DNA of 32,000 bases from Halalkalibacterium halodurans (GCF_004376175.1 NZ_SNUY01000040.1:5279-37278); one strand, 5' to 3'; shown: positions 8,669 through 18,079, numbered from the stretch's first letter. The notes: generated from the sequence alone by a model not told the origin. Translations and numbers: made by a program.

Positions 8669-9325
8669 ATGAAGACACAATTTGCAGTCATTGGCTTAGG
8701 TCGTTTTGGTGGAAGTGTATGCCGGGAATTGTATCAGCTCGGTCATGAAGTATTAGCAATTGATACGAACGAAAGTAAGGTCAATGAGTTTACAACGCAT
8801 GCAACCCATACGGTCATTGCGAATGCTACGGATGAAAAAGCACTAACATCTTTAGGAATCCGTAACTTTGATCATGTTGTCGTTGCGATAGGGGATAATA
8901 TCCAATCAAGCGTGTTATGTACTTTGTTATTGAAGGAGCTCGGGGTACCGAACGTTTGGGTAAAGGCTCAAAATGATTATCACCATCGGGTGTTAGAAAA
9001 GATCGGAGCAGACAGAATCGTCCACCCTGAACAAGACATGGGGATTCGGATCGCACAGCATTTAAGCTCGGAAAAAATTATTGATTACATTGAGTTATCT
9101 GATGAATATAGCATCGTGGAATTAGTAGCCACAAGTAAAGTAGCAGACCAAACATTAGCCGACTTGGACATTCGGGCAACATACGGTGCGACAGTGCTTG
9201 CGATTAAAAGTGGTGAACATATGAATGTCTCTCCCCTGCCAACCGATATCATTCGGCTTAATGATATTCTCATTGTGATTGGTCATAATAATGATCTGAA
9301 CCGCTTTGAGAGAGAGGGCCTGTAA
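8669..9325 (+). CDS. ktrA: Potassium uptake system Ktr, peripheral RCK subunit KtrA
   Basis: ATG 8669 is preceded by AAAGGAG at 7 nt. The product has a Rossmann motif (IGLGRFGGSV) in a TrkA-N domain plus a TrkA-C/RCK_C domain. Confidence 0.9.
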   Translation: MKTQFAVIGLGRFGGSVCRELYQLGHEVLAIDTNESKVNEFTTHATHTVIANATDEKALTSLGIRNFDHVVVAIGDNIQSSVLCTLLLKELGVPNVWVKAQNDYHHRVLEKIGADRIVHPEQDMGIRIAQHLSSEKIIDYIELSDEYSIVELVATSKVADQTLADLDIRATYGATVLAIKSGEHMNVSPLPTDIIRLNDILIVIGHNNDLNRFEREGL

Positions 9326-9327
9326 GA

Positions 9328-10674
9328 ATGGCACGACTTTTATCCAAGTCAGCATTAAAGGGGAAGGTCATTCATTTAAGCCCACCGCAAATTTTAGCGC
9401 TTAGCTTTCTCGTGTTTATTATGATCGGCACGCTCCTATTAAAATTGCCGATCGCATCAACTACGTATATTTCGTGGATTGACGCGATGTTCACAGCAAC
9501 ATCCGCTATTACAGTGACCGGTCTCGTTGTTGTCGACACAGGAACGGACTATACCGTGTTTGGCCAAGTGGTGATTATGATCTTGATTCAACTTGGCGGA
9601 CTCGGATTAATGACGTTTGCGGTGCTTGCGGTCATGATGCTGGGAAAGAAAATTGGGTTGCAACAACGGATTCTCATCCAAGAGGCGATGAATCAAACGT
9701 CACTAGGTGGCTTGATTCGGCTCGTTAGGGTGCTACTCCTGTTCACTCTGGTGATGGAAACGATCGCTTTTATTCTCTTATCGGTCCGCTGGGTACCTGA
9801 ATTTGGCTGGCGCGAAGGGATGTATCAAAGTTTATTCCATACAATCTCAGCCTTTAACAATGCAGGTTTCTCCCTTTGGTCTGACAGTTTATCTGCATAC
9901 GTAGGCGACCCTGCGGTCAACCTGATCATTACGATTCTTTTCATTACGGGCGGGATCGGCTTTACCGTGTTAGCGGATCTTTGGTACAAAAAGACATTCC
10001 GTGCCCTTTCGCTACATTCGAAAATTATGCTGCTCGGTACGTTAGCTTTAAATTGCATTGCCTTTATTGCGATCTTTATTCTTGAGTACGCCAACCCGCA
10101 CACCTTAGGGGGACTGGCTCAGTCGGACCGGTTTTGGGGCGCTTATTTCCAAGCGGTTACTCCGAGAACGGCAGGATTTAATACGCTTGAGATTGCCGAT
10201 ATGACGACGGCCTCAATTGTTTTGATTTTGTTGCTTATGTTTATCGGTGCCGGAAGTGCTTCGACGGCGAGTGGAATTAAGGTTACCACGTTTTTCGTGA
10301 TGATCCTTGCCACTTGGTCGTTTTTAAAAGGGCGTGCCGAAACGGTCGTCTTTGAACGGACGATCAAACTGCATACGATCTTACGTGCCCTAGCGATTAT
10401 CGTCATTAGTATGATGATTGTATTTATTGCTGTTTTCATATTGGCCATCACCGAAGACGCTCCATTTATTGTAAAAGTATTTGAGGTGTTTTCGGCCTTT
10501 GGTACCGTTGGTCTATCGATGGGACTTACAGGTGAGCTGACGACTCTTGGCAAAATGACCATTATGGTCGTTATGTTTATCGGAAGGGTTGGACCGCTCA
10601 CAATGGCTTTCACGCTTGCGAGGCCAAAGCAGTCAAACATACGTTACCCTGAAGATGAAGTGTTTACAGGGTAA
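9328..10674 (+). CDS. ktrB: Potassium uptake system Ktr, membrane subunit KtrB (TrkH family)
   Basis: The 448-aa polytopic protein has four pore-loop-like motifs (VTGLVVV, NNAGFSL, RTAGFNT, STASGIKV). It begins 2 nt after the ktrA stop. Confidence 0.9.
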   Translation: MARLLSKSALKGKVIHLSPPQILALSFLVFIMIGTLLLKLPIASTTYISWIDAMFTATSAITVTGLVVVDTGTDYTVFGQVVIMILIQLGGLGLMTFAVLAVMMLGKKIGLQQRILIQEAMNQTSLGGLIRLVRVLLLFTLVMETIAFILLSVRWVPEFGWREGMYQSLFHTISAFNNAGFSLWSDSLSAYVGDPAVNLIITILFITGGIGFTVLADLWYKKTFRALSLHSKIMLLGTLALNCIAFIAIFILEYANPHTLGGLAQSDRFWGAYFQAVTPRTAGFNTLEIADMTTASIVLILLLMFIGAGSASTASGIKVTTFFVMILATWSFLKGRAETVVFERTIKLHTILRALAIIVISMMIVFIAVFILAITEDAPFIVKVFEVFSAFGTVGLSMGLTGELTTLGKMTIMVVMFIGRVGPLTMAFTLARPKQSNIRYPEDEVFTG

Positions 10675-10691
10675 TGATCATTTTCTTAATG

Positions 10692-10723
10692 AAACCTTTG
10701 CTTGGAGGAGCAGAGGTTTTTTT
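10692..10723 (+). terminator. Intrinsic terminator of ktrAB
   Basis: AAACCTTTGC pairs with GCAGAGGTTT in a 10-bp stem with one mismatch, followed by T7. Confidence 0.7.
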
Positions 10724-10837
10724 GATTATGCAATATGCATAAAAAGGATATGTTATAAAAATTTATCATAAAATGTTCCTATTTGGAAAAATATGATATA
10801 GTAAAAATTGTAATCTACTATTTTAGGAGGAGATCCG

Positions 10838-11290
10838 ATGAAAAAACTAGTTTCGTCCGTTTTTTTGGCAAGTATTCTGACCCTATCGTCCTTTGCGTGC
10901 TTACCGAATCCGTCTAGTGCAGCTACTCTATCGAATGAACCCAACGAGCTGGAAGTAGATCAATTAAACGAGGTGTCTCCTATGGCTATTCCTACAGGTT
11001 TAAGATTGAGCCATCCACCTGAAATCACTGGAGCTTCTGCGACAGTAATATTTCAATTACGCTTTTCCGGTGATACAGCCGGAGGTCGATATCGATGGAC
11101 ATTAAGTACAGGAGATGGTAGACCAATAAGAAGCGGCTCTACTAATGCTACTAGCCATAGTGTTATGCATACTTACTCATTAAGTCCAGGATACTTGAAT
11201 GATCGGTATACAATCCAAGCAACAGTCACTGGCTATAGTTCACAGAGTACTAGAAGCACGATTCAGCATTGTCGCACAAAATGTTCTTAA
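10838..11290 (+). CDS. Secreted protein (150 aa) with a PKD/Ig-like signature, unknown function
   Basis: AGGAGG lies 7 nt upstream of ATG 10838. The Sec signal peptide is MKKLVSSVFLASILTLSSFACLPNPSSA|A. The mature part carries a PKD-like pattern (YRWTLSTGDG..HSVMHTYSLSPG..YTIQATVTG). Confidence 0.75.
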   Translation: MKKLVSSVFLASILTLSSFACLPNPSSAATLSNEPNELEVDQLNEVSPMAIPTGLRLSHPPEITGASATVIFQLRFSGDTAGGRYRWTLSTGDGRPIRSGSTNATSHSVMHTYSLSPGYLNDRYTIQATVTGYSSQSTRSTIQHCRTKCS

Positions 11291-11301
11291 TGAAAGAGAG
11301 G

Positions 11302-11333
11302 CAAGCACTAGCATATCCAAATGCTAGTGCTTG
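11302..11333 (+). terminator. Perfect 13-bp hairpin after the secreted-protein gene; a partial terminator or mRNA stabiliser
   Basis: CAAGCACTAGCAT (11302-11314) pairs with ATGCTAGTGCTTG (11321-11333). Only a poor U-tract follows (TTAATCAT). The next gene starts 25 nt downstream. Confidence 0.55.
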
Positions 11334-11358
11334 TTAATCATAATAATAGGAGAGACTT

Positions 11359-12045
11359 ATGATGATTCAACTGAAGAATGTGTCAGTTACATACCAGGCT
11401 TTACACGAGACGTTAACGATTTTACAAGATATTACTTTAACCGTTGCTTCAGGAGAATGGCTATCGATCGTTGGCCCATCTGGATCGGGGAAAACAACGC
11501 TACTAAAACTAATTGCAGGTGCCCTCCAGCCAGTGAGCGGAACGGTGACGATCAATGAGCGATCCATTACTGACTTAGCTCATACAGACAGACAAGCGTT
11601 TATACGGACACAGGTTGCTTCGGTCTATCAACAGTTTCGTCTGCTCCCGCAATTTAATGTGCTGGAAAATGTCATGCTTCCGCTTGTTCCTTACGAGAGC
11701 CGAAAAACGATACGCCCTCGGGCGACAGAGCTGATTGATCAAGTCGGTTTAAGCCATCGAATGACCCACTATCCTCATCAACTGTCAGGCGGAGAGCAGC
11801 AGCGGGTTTCCTTCGCCCGGGCGTTGCTAACAGAGCCAGCCATCCTGTTGTGCGATGAACCGACAGGTAATTTAGATCAAGCGAATCGTGACAACATTTT
11901 AGACTTGTTAAGTAAATTACATGCTCAAGGGCAGACCATTGTGTTAGCGACCCATGACGATGTTGTGGCACGCAGGGGAGATCGAACGATTTCCATTGAT
12001 AATGGTACCATTCATAAAGGAGAACTTGGCCATGCTTCGCTATAG
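11359..12045 (+). CDS. ABC transporter ATP-binding protein, MacB/LolD/FtsE type
   Basis: Walker A is GPSGSGKTTLL, the Q-loop is VYQQFRLL, the signature is LSGGEQQRVSFARAL and Walker B is LLCDEPTGNLD. The SD is TAGGAGAG. Confidence 0.9.
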   Translation: MMIQLKNVSVTYQALHETLTILQDITLTVASGEWLSIVGPSGSGKTTLLKLIAGALQPVSGTVTINERSITDLAHTDRQAFIRTQVASVYQQFRLLPQFNVLENVMLPLVPYESRKTIRPRATELIDQVGLSHRMTHYPHQLSGGEQQRVSFARALLTEPAILLCDEPTGNLDQANRDNILDLLSKLHAQGQTIVLATHDDVVARRGDRTISIDNGTIHKGELGHASL

Positions 12046-14503
12046 TTTTCGGTCGATTAAACGGAACTTTGCTAGCTCTTTGCTGTTGGTTGGGGCCCTT
12101 GTGGCGATATTTGTTGCAAGCCCCTTGAGCTTTTCGATGCTGTCGTCGATTCAAGCCGAAGTCGATGCAAACATCAAGCAGTATGCAAGAGGAAGTTATG
12201 ATTTGCTTATTCGACCGATTGGTACACAGACAGCCGTAGAAACAACGCTTGGTGTCGTCGAAGAAAATTATTTGGCCCTTGGCGAAGGTGGAATTTCGCT
12301 TAACGAATGGGAAGCTATCAAAGCACTCGATGGGGTAGAAGTGGCGGCTCCGGTTGCATCGCTAGGCTACTTTGCGGGAGAAACACACACCGTGGCAGTC
12401 GAATTTCCAGAGAATAGCAGTTTTATTGAGGGACGATTTCAAACGTCAGACGGCCTACATACGTACCCGTTACAAGCAGGTGGCTCCTATTATGTGCTTA
12501 AACAAGAAGGTTACTACCATGGTTATGAATATGTGCAACAAGGGAATGAAGAAATTCCAGGGAGTGGAAGTCCGCCTTTTTTTTCGATGCCTGTTACGTA
12601 CCACTTAATCGTCGGTATCGATCAACAAGAGGAAGAAAAGCTTACAGGCTTTAATTTCTCCGCATTAAACAACAGCATCCCGGAAGGCTTTAGGTTTTAT
12701 TTTGATCTTGATGTTGAGAGACATATTAAAATCATTTATTTGAAGGATGCGACTACGCCGCTAACTATGCAAGTGGATGTAGCACCGATTGATTGGGAGA
12801 CTGCTGATACGGAGCGCCTAAAGGATGAGTTAGGGCTCACCTATGACGAGCCGCTGTTTATTTCTGAACAATTTCCATCGTTATTTGCACAGTTTCAGGA
12901 TCGGCACATTGGACCGATCGAAACGTATACCTTTGATCTATCTGAACACATGCCTCCATTTTCCTATGATCCTGTATCCCTTGACTACGACGGAAGCATG
13001 CATGAACCCATAGAGAATGCATACGGAGTGAGTGAATCATCCCGATTTTATCAAGCGTCCCCGATTGACTATGACATTCAAGCCGGAGGGCGCTTAAAGG
13101 TCAAGCAAGTAGGTGACTACGAAGGAATTCCAATTTACCGCACGATCCAAGAACAAGGAGGTGCTGCATACGAGTTGCATGGCATTGGGAAAATTCCGTT
13201 CTTGTTATACCCTGTCGGTCATTTTACGACAGCAGAGTACGAGCATTCCCTTTCTGCTAGCCCGCTCGGCATCTATCAACAAGCACCCTCCGTGTTATCG
13301 GATGGCACGATGCTCCATGAAACGATTGCACCGGGAAGTTTTGTCAATGCACCGGCCCACGGTCTGATGGCGTTAGAAGATGCGGCGTTTATTAAAGGAG
13401 ATGCGCCGATTGATGCGATTCGAATACGGGTTGCAGGAATTACTGCGTACGATCAAGAGGCAGTGGATAAAATGAGTGAGGTGGCGACTGAGATTGCTAA
13501 ATTAGGAGACTATCAAATCGATGTGATCGCCGGAGCCTCTCCTGCTCCGATGACGATGGACGTTGAAGGTATAGGAGAAGTTGTTCAGCCATGGACGAGC
13601 TTAGGGGCTGCCGCTACGATTCGTGACGGCTGGAACGGGACGAACGTCTTGATTGCAGGATTGTTCCTATTCGTAAGTATTAGTTATTTGGCGAATCGGT
13701 TTCATTTTAGACGCCATACGAAAAAAGAGGAGCAGGAGCTTTTACTTGATCTAGGCTGGAAAAAACGACATATCCGATGGCTGTATCTAATGGAAAACAG
13801 CTCGCTCATCTTCCTCTCTGCCGCAATAGCCTCTCTCATTTTGCTCGCTTATATTTGGTTATATCAGGCAGATTGGTTCATTTTGATCTTTTTTGTTGCT
13901 GTCGTTGTGCTAACGTTTCTCTTTAGTTTGATCTATGTGTCGATGATGAGAGGCGTTCAGAAAATCTCTTTTCGAAGGCTAAAAGGACAAACGGTATGGA
14001 TACGGAACCTGTTCTATTATCGGCGCTTACTGACGTTAAGCATCATTCAGCTAGCTTCGGTGGCACTGCTGCTCGCTTTTGTCGTCTCTTCGATTGCGGC
14101 GACGATTGCCCAAACAGGTGGAACCTATTTAGGTGTATATATTAATGATGCTGTATTTATACCTCTAGTGTCTGTTATGGTGGCAGCGCTGTTTCTTGCT
14201 GTCTTGACGGTCGGTGAGAGCACCTCAGCCTTTTTGCTTTTACGGAAAGAAGAGCTGCAAACATTGCGTGATATCGGCTGGCGTATAAAAGACGTCCACC
14301 GTCTCTGCTTAAAAGAGTCGGCTTTTTGGACAACTGGGGCGATTATGGGCGGTGTCGTCATCAGCCTTCTCACGGTCAGCGTGTTTTATTCGCTTTCCCT
14401 TTCGTTGCTTTTATTTGCTGTCGTGGCGGTCGTACTTCTAAGTAGTATTGCAATCGTAACGGCAGGAGGCATGATCCGATCCTCGTTACGAAAAATGGTA
14501 TGA
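12032..14503 (+). CDS. ABC transporter permease with two FtsX modules and a very large extracytoplasmic domain (823 aa)
   Basis: ATG 12032 is preceded by AAAGGAG at 9 nt and overlaps the ATPase stop by 14 nt. The layout is TM1, then about 500 aa of non-hydrophobic sequence whose ends are MacB-periplasmic-domain-like (RGSYDLLIRP.., ..ALDGVEVAAPV), then three TMs. A second TM1, short loop and three-TM module follows. Both modules contain the FtsX-type cytoplasmic loop (LLLDLGWKKRHI and LRDIGWRIKDV). Confidence 0.85.
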   Translation: MLRYSFRSIKRNFASSLLLVGALVAIFVASPLSFSMLSSIQAEVDANIKQYARGSYDLLIRPIGTQTAVETTLGVVEENYLALGEGGISLNEWEAIKALDGVEVAAPVASLGYFAGETHTVAVEFPENSSFIEGRFQTSDGLHTYPLQAGGSYYVLKQEGYYHGYEYVQQGNEEIPGSGSPPFFSMPVTYHLIVGIDQQEEEKLTGFNFSALNNSIPEGFRFYFDLDVERHIKIIYLKDATTPLTMQVDVAPIDWETADTERLKDELGLTYDEPLFISEQFPSLFAQFQDRHIGPIETYTFDLSEHMPPFSYDPVSLDYDGSMHEPIENAYGVSESSRFYQASPIDYDIQAGGRLKVKQVGDYEGIPIYRTIQEQGGAAYELHGIGKIPFLLYPVGHFTTAEYEHSLSASPLGIYQQAPSVLSDGTMLHETIAPGSFVNAPAHGLMALEDAAFIKGDAPIDAIRIRVAGITAYDQEAVDKMSEVATEIAKLGDYQIDVIAGASPAPMTMDVEGIGEVVQPWTSLGAAATIRDGWNGTNVLIAGLFLFVSISYLANRFHFRRHTKKEEQELLLDLGWKKRHIRWLYLMENSSLIFLSAAIASLILLAYIWLYQADWFILIFFVAVVVLTFLFSLIYVSMMRGVQKISFRRLKGQTVWIRNLFYYRRLLTLSIIQLASVALLLAFVVSSIAATIAQTGGTYLGVYINDAVFIPLVSVMVAALFLAVLTVGESTSAFLLLRKEELQTLRDIGWRIKDVHRLCLKESAFWTTGAIMGGVVISLLTVSVFYSLSLSLLLFAVVAVVLLSSIAIVTAGGMIRSSLRKMV

Positions 14504-14522
14504 TAACCGTGTAAAGGAGGTA

Positions 14523-14550
14523 AGGGCTAGCATGTTGCTAGCTCTTATTT
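14523..14550 (+). terminator. Intrinsic terminator of the ABC unit
   Basis: AGGGCTAGCA pairs with TGCTAGCTCT (one G-U pair), followed by TATTT. Confidence 0.6.
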
Positions 14551-14751
14551 CGCATTGATTAAAGGCTCTCTGCTGTTACCTCGAGACTCAGCAATCGCTG
14601 AGCTTTCTCTCTGTTTTCAGCCCATATAAACCTTATGTTTCTTTCTGAGACCAAAAAGAACGAAAAGATTAATAAAACCAAAATCACGCAAAACATGAAA
14701 GCGCTTTTATAATGATAATTGAAAGAAGATTCAAAAAAGGGGGAGCAAAGA

Positions 14752-15792
14752 ATGAAAAAACTATCAAAGCGGTCGCTGTTGTCCGCTATTGTAGGAGTAA
14801 GTTTGCTAGTTACTGCAGCATGCGGTGGTGGAAGTGATTCAACAGGAGCGGATGAAGCTGGAGAGGTTGAAGAAAAAGAAAGACCGTCCAGCGTGGTGAT
14901 TGGAACTGCTTCTCAAGGGGGCGTTTACTACATTTACGGTGGTGGATTGGCCCAGCTATTAGACCGTGAGCTTGGCGTAAGCTCAAATGTTGAAGTAACA
15001 GGTGGACCTGTTCACAACATGCAGCTCGTGAATGAGCAAGAACAGGACATTGGCATGATCACAATGGGTCCTGGCTATGAAGGTGTATTGGGAGAAGGGG
15101 ATTGGACAGGTGGAGAGACGTATGATAACGTCCGTGTCATTTTCCCGATGTATACGACTCCTTTCCACTGGTGGTCGTTGGAGTCAAGCGGCGTAACGTC
15201 CATTGAAGACATGGACGGGATGCGTGTCGGTGTTGGACCTTCTGGAGGTACTTCCGGAACGTATCTACCAATCATTCATGAAGTGCTAGGTTTGGATATT
15301 ACACCAGTTCTTGCAGGTGCTAACGATATGGTTAGCCAACAGTTAGATGGTCAGCTTGATGTCATTGGGTTTGCAGCAGGCCTGCCAATTCCGGCTGTTG
15401 CAGAAGTTGAAGCTCAGCGAGACATTCACCTATTTGGAATTGATGGAGAAAGTCGTGACAAGGTTTTAGAAGCATTACCGTACTTTGAGCCGTATACCAT
15501 TCCAGCGGATACGTACGATCAGCTTGATGAAGACCTAGAAACGATTGCGATGTTTAACTTCGGTATTACGTACAGTGAAATGAATGCTGACTTTGTTTAC
15601 GAGCTTGTCAAAGCGTATCACGAAAACAATGATTTGCTTATGACTACACACTCTTCGGCAGAAGAGGCAGTACCAGAGGCAATTTTGCGAAATGAAGTTG
15701 TGCCTCTACATGTAGGAGCGATTCGTTATTACGAGGAAATCGGTATCGACCTTCCTGAATCCGTATATCCTGCTGAATGGGGAAACGAATAA
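14752..15792 (+). CDS. TRAP transporter solute-binding protein, TAXI family (lipoprotein)
   Basis: GGGGGAG lies 7 nt before ATG 14752. The lipobox is LLVTAAC|GGGS. The mature part begins with the TAXI-typical pattern (IGTASQGGVYYIYGGGLAQLL). A fused TRAP permease follows. Confidence 0.85.
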   Translation: MKKLSKRSLLSAIVGVSLLVTAACGGGSDSTGADEAGEVEEKERPSSVVIGTASQGGVYYIYGGGLAQLLDRELGVSSNVEVTGGPVHNMQLVNEQEQDIGMITMGPGYEGVLGEGDWTGGETYDNVRVIFPMYTTPFHWWSLESSGVTSIEDMDGMRVGVGPSGGTSGTYLPIIHEVLGLDITPVLAGANDMVSQQLDGQLDVIGFAAGLPIPAVAEVEAQRDIHLFGIDGESRDKVLEALPYFEPYTIPADTYDQLDEDLETIAMFNFGITYSEMNADFVYELVKAYHENNDLLMTTHSSAEEAVPEAILRNEVVPLHVGAIRYYEEIGIDLPESVYPAEWGNE

Positions 15793-15805
15793 AACGATTG
15801 TTGCA

Positions 15806-15835
15806 GCCCTTGCTTTCATGATGGAAAGCAGGGGC
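15806..15835 (+). promoter_or_regulatory. Intercistronic stem-loop without a U-tract, between the binding-protein and permease genes
   Basis: GCCCTTGCTTTC (15806-15817) pairs with GAAAGCAGGGGC (15824-15835) in a 12-bp stem with one G-U pair and a 6-nt loop. No T-run follows. Confidence 0.6.
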
Positions 15836-15905
15836 CGCAATAGTAAGCATTGTTCAAAAAGTCGAATGTAGCAGTATCAACTACGAAAGGATAGGAGGGA
15901 TTCCC

Positions 15906-17864
15906 ATGGCTGATGAGCAAAAAGTGAACTCCGTTGTAAGTGAAGACAAGGCAAAAGAATTGGAAGAAGCTGTTGAAGGCCCATCCAACGCTCGTTCGTT
16001 AACAGGTTGGGTCGGAATTCTGTTCACTGTCATTGCGGTTGGGGGAGCACTCTTTCATTTATATATTTTAAACTTTCATCCGATTGAGCCGTGGATTTTT
16101 CGCAGCGTTCATATCGCGTTAGGAGCCGTTCTTGGATTTCTATTGTTTAGAGGATGGAAAACAGATTCAAATCGCGTTCATGTCGTCGATTGGTTGCTGA
16201 TCGCTGCAACGTTGTTTGTCACCTTTTATATTTATCAAAATGTCTCGGCCTTGTTGTTCCGTGTTGGGGTTATGCCACAACCGATGGATACAATCGTTGC
16301 CGTTTTAGGACTTCTCATCATTCTTGAGTTGACACGGAGAACAAGTGGCTGGACGTTGCCAATTTTATCAGGGGTATTTATTGCTTACGCCTTTCTCGGA
16401 CCGTGGCTACCAGGATTTTTGAATCACGGTGGGTATTCATTTGATCGATTTGTTACGTATATTTATAGCTTGGATGGAGTATTCGGCGTAACCGTTGACG
16501 TTTCGTCGAAATACATTTTATTGTTCATTGTTTTCGGGGCCTTTTTACAAATGTCCGGTGTCGGCCGATTTTTCATTGACTTTTCATTCTCATTGGCTGG
16601 TGGGATGAGAGGGGGACCGGCAAAAGTGTCCGTTATTTCAAGTGGATTGATGGGCATGATGAACGGGACATCTGCCGGAAATGCAGTAGCGACTGGGTCG
16701 TTGACGATTCCGTTAATGAGACGTGTCGGCTATAAAGGGCAGTTTGCTGCGGCGACGGAAGCGACCGCTTCTGCTGGGGGACAAATTATGATTCCGATCA
16801 TGGGAGCCGGTGCCTTTATTATGGCGGAAATTACCGGAATCCGTTACTCGGAAATCATTATCGCAGCAGCCATCCCTGCATTCCTCTATTTCTTGTCTGT
16901 TTACTTCATGGTTGATTTTCAAGCGATTAAAAACGGAATGAAGGGGTTGTCTCGTAAAGAGCTTCCACCTCTCAAAGGAATTTTAAAGCAATCCTATTTG
17001 TTTATTCCAGTCGTCTTGCTTATTGCTTCCTTGCTTATGGGCTATTCGATAATCCGCTCAGGTACAGTTTCGATTCTCGCCTGCTTTATCGTGAGCTGGA
17101 TCCACCCAACGACTCGGATGGGGCTAAAGAAAGTGCTCGGTGCATTAGAGCTAGGAATGAAAAATGTCATTCAGCTCTTAGCGGTATGTGCGTGTGCAGG
17201 GATTATCGTTGGAGTCATTGCCCTTACAGGGGTCGGCTTGCGATTTAGCTCCATGCTTTTAGGGATTGCGGATGCAAACAAACTGTTGGCCCTCCTATTT
17301 GCCATGGGGATCTCCATCATTCTTGGGATGGGTATGCCGACGACAGCCGCTTATGCCGTTGCAGCTGCCGTTGTTGCACCAGGTTTGATTCAGATTGGCA
17401 TTGAGCCATTACACGCCCATATGTTTGTTTTCTACTATGCGGTCATGTCAGCCATTACGCCACCGGTAGCGCTCGCAGCCTATGCGGCGGCTGGTGTAGC
17501 AGGAACGGATCCATTCAAAACCGGGGTCGATGCATTCAAGCTAGGATTGGCAGCGTTTATCGTACCGTTTATGTTCATTTACAGTCCGGCGATCATGATG
17601 GAAGGCGAAATCATGAGCATTGCCCTTGCGACGATTACCGCTTCTGTCGGCGTCTACTTGCTTGCGGCAGCGGTTCAAGGTTGGCTTGCAGGTAAAGCTG
17701 CATTAACTGTTGTTCGTTTGCTCCTCATTGTCGCTGCTGTTTGTCTTATTCATTCAAGCTGGGTGTATGACTTTGTCGCCCTCGGAATCGTGGCTATTGC
17801 ATTTATTTTACAAAGAACGGTTAATAAACAAACACCATTGGATCCGAAGGCAAGTACAGTTTAA
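15906..17864 (+). CDS. TRAP transporter fused permease (4TM/12TM DctQ-DctM fusion, TAXI type)
   Basis: The 652-aa highly hydrophobic protein has the size and architecture typical of the fused permease that pairs with TAXI receptors. The SD is GGATAGGAGGGA. Confidence 0.88.
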   Translation: MADEQKVNSVVSEDKAKELEEAVEGPSNARSLTGWVGILFTVIAVGGALFHLYILNFHPIEPWIFRSVHIALGAVLGFLLFRGWKTDSNRVHVVDWLLIAATLFVTFYIYQNVSALLFRVGVMPQPMDTIVAVLGLLIILELTRRTSGWTLPILSGVFIAYAFLGPWLPGFLNHGGYSFDRFVTYIYSLDGVFGVTVDVSSKYILLFIVFGAFLQMSGVGRFFIDFSFSLAGGMRGGPAKVSVISSGLMGMMNGTSAGNAVATGSLTIPLMRRVGYKGQFAAATEATASAGGQIMIPIMGAGAFIMAEITGIRYSEIIIAAAIPAFLYFLSVYFMVDFQAIKNGMKGLSRKELPPLKGILKQSYLFIPVVLLIASLLMGYSIIRSGTVSILACFIVSWIHPTTRMGLKKVLGALELGMKNVIQLLAVCACAGIIVGVIALTGVGLRFSSMLLGIADANKLLALLFAMGISIILGMGMPTTAAYAVAAAVVAPGLIQIGIEPLHAHMFVFYYAVMSAITPPVALAAYAAAGVAGTDPFKTGVDAFKLGLAAFIVPFMFIYSPAIMMEGEIMSIALATITASVGVYLLAAAVQGWLAGKAALTVVRLLLIVAAVCLIHSSWVYDFVALGIVAIAFILQRTVNKQTPLDPKASTV

Positions 17865-17877
17865 ACATAAAAAATTG

Positions 17878-17915
17878 AAAGGGCTACTCCAAAAAGGGGT
17901 GGCCTTTTTTCTTTT
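17878..17915 (+). terminator. Intrinsic terminator of the TRAP operon
   Basis: AAAGG(G)CTACTCC (17878-17890) pairs with GGGGTGGCCTTT (17896-17907) around an AAAAA loop, followed by a T-run. Confidence 0.8.
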
Positions 17916-18070
17916 CCGAGGTTAAAAACAACCGAGAGTGCTCTAGATCAGTCCCCCCTTTAGTTTTGCTCTGCATTAAGCGCGTGCTTCGCTTTTTTTA
18001 AGTTTCATTTGTTAAACATTCTGACATGATTTTTTGTCAAATAATGATCTTTTTTCTTATGGAACGATTG

Positions 18071-18079
18071 TGATAGATT
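18071..18079 (+). promoter_or_regulatory. Candidate extended -10 promoter element for the cellulase gene
   Basis: TGaTAGATT matches the TGnTATAAT pattern. There is no good -35 element. Confidence 0.3.

Noticed and set aside
10143-10640. 165-aa reverse-strand ORF, plus 9825-10103
   Set aside because: They are antisense to ktrB and typical of shadow ORFs opposite a hydrophobic-protein gene.
10727-10741. Palindrome TATGCA-ATA-TGCATA after the ktrAB terminator
   Set aside because: It is a short, isolated palindrome in AT-rich spacer DNA, with no associated gene start or second copy.
11954-12031. Upstream extension of the permease ORF (MTMLWHAGEIERF..)
   Set aside because: It overlaps the ATPase C-terminus. 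ATG 12032 has a proper SD and gives the usual MLRYSFRSIKRN-type FtsX-permease N-terminus.
11672-12154. 160-aa reverse-strand ORF
   Set aside because: It is antisense to the ABC ATPase/permease junction. Its basic, low-complexity translation has no SD.
18061-18075. cre-like sequence (TGGAACGATTGTGA) upstream of the cellulase gene
   Set aside because: The central CG is one position out of register with the CcpA cre consensus (TGWAANCGNTNWCA), and the sequence is not palindromic.
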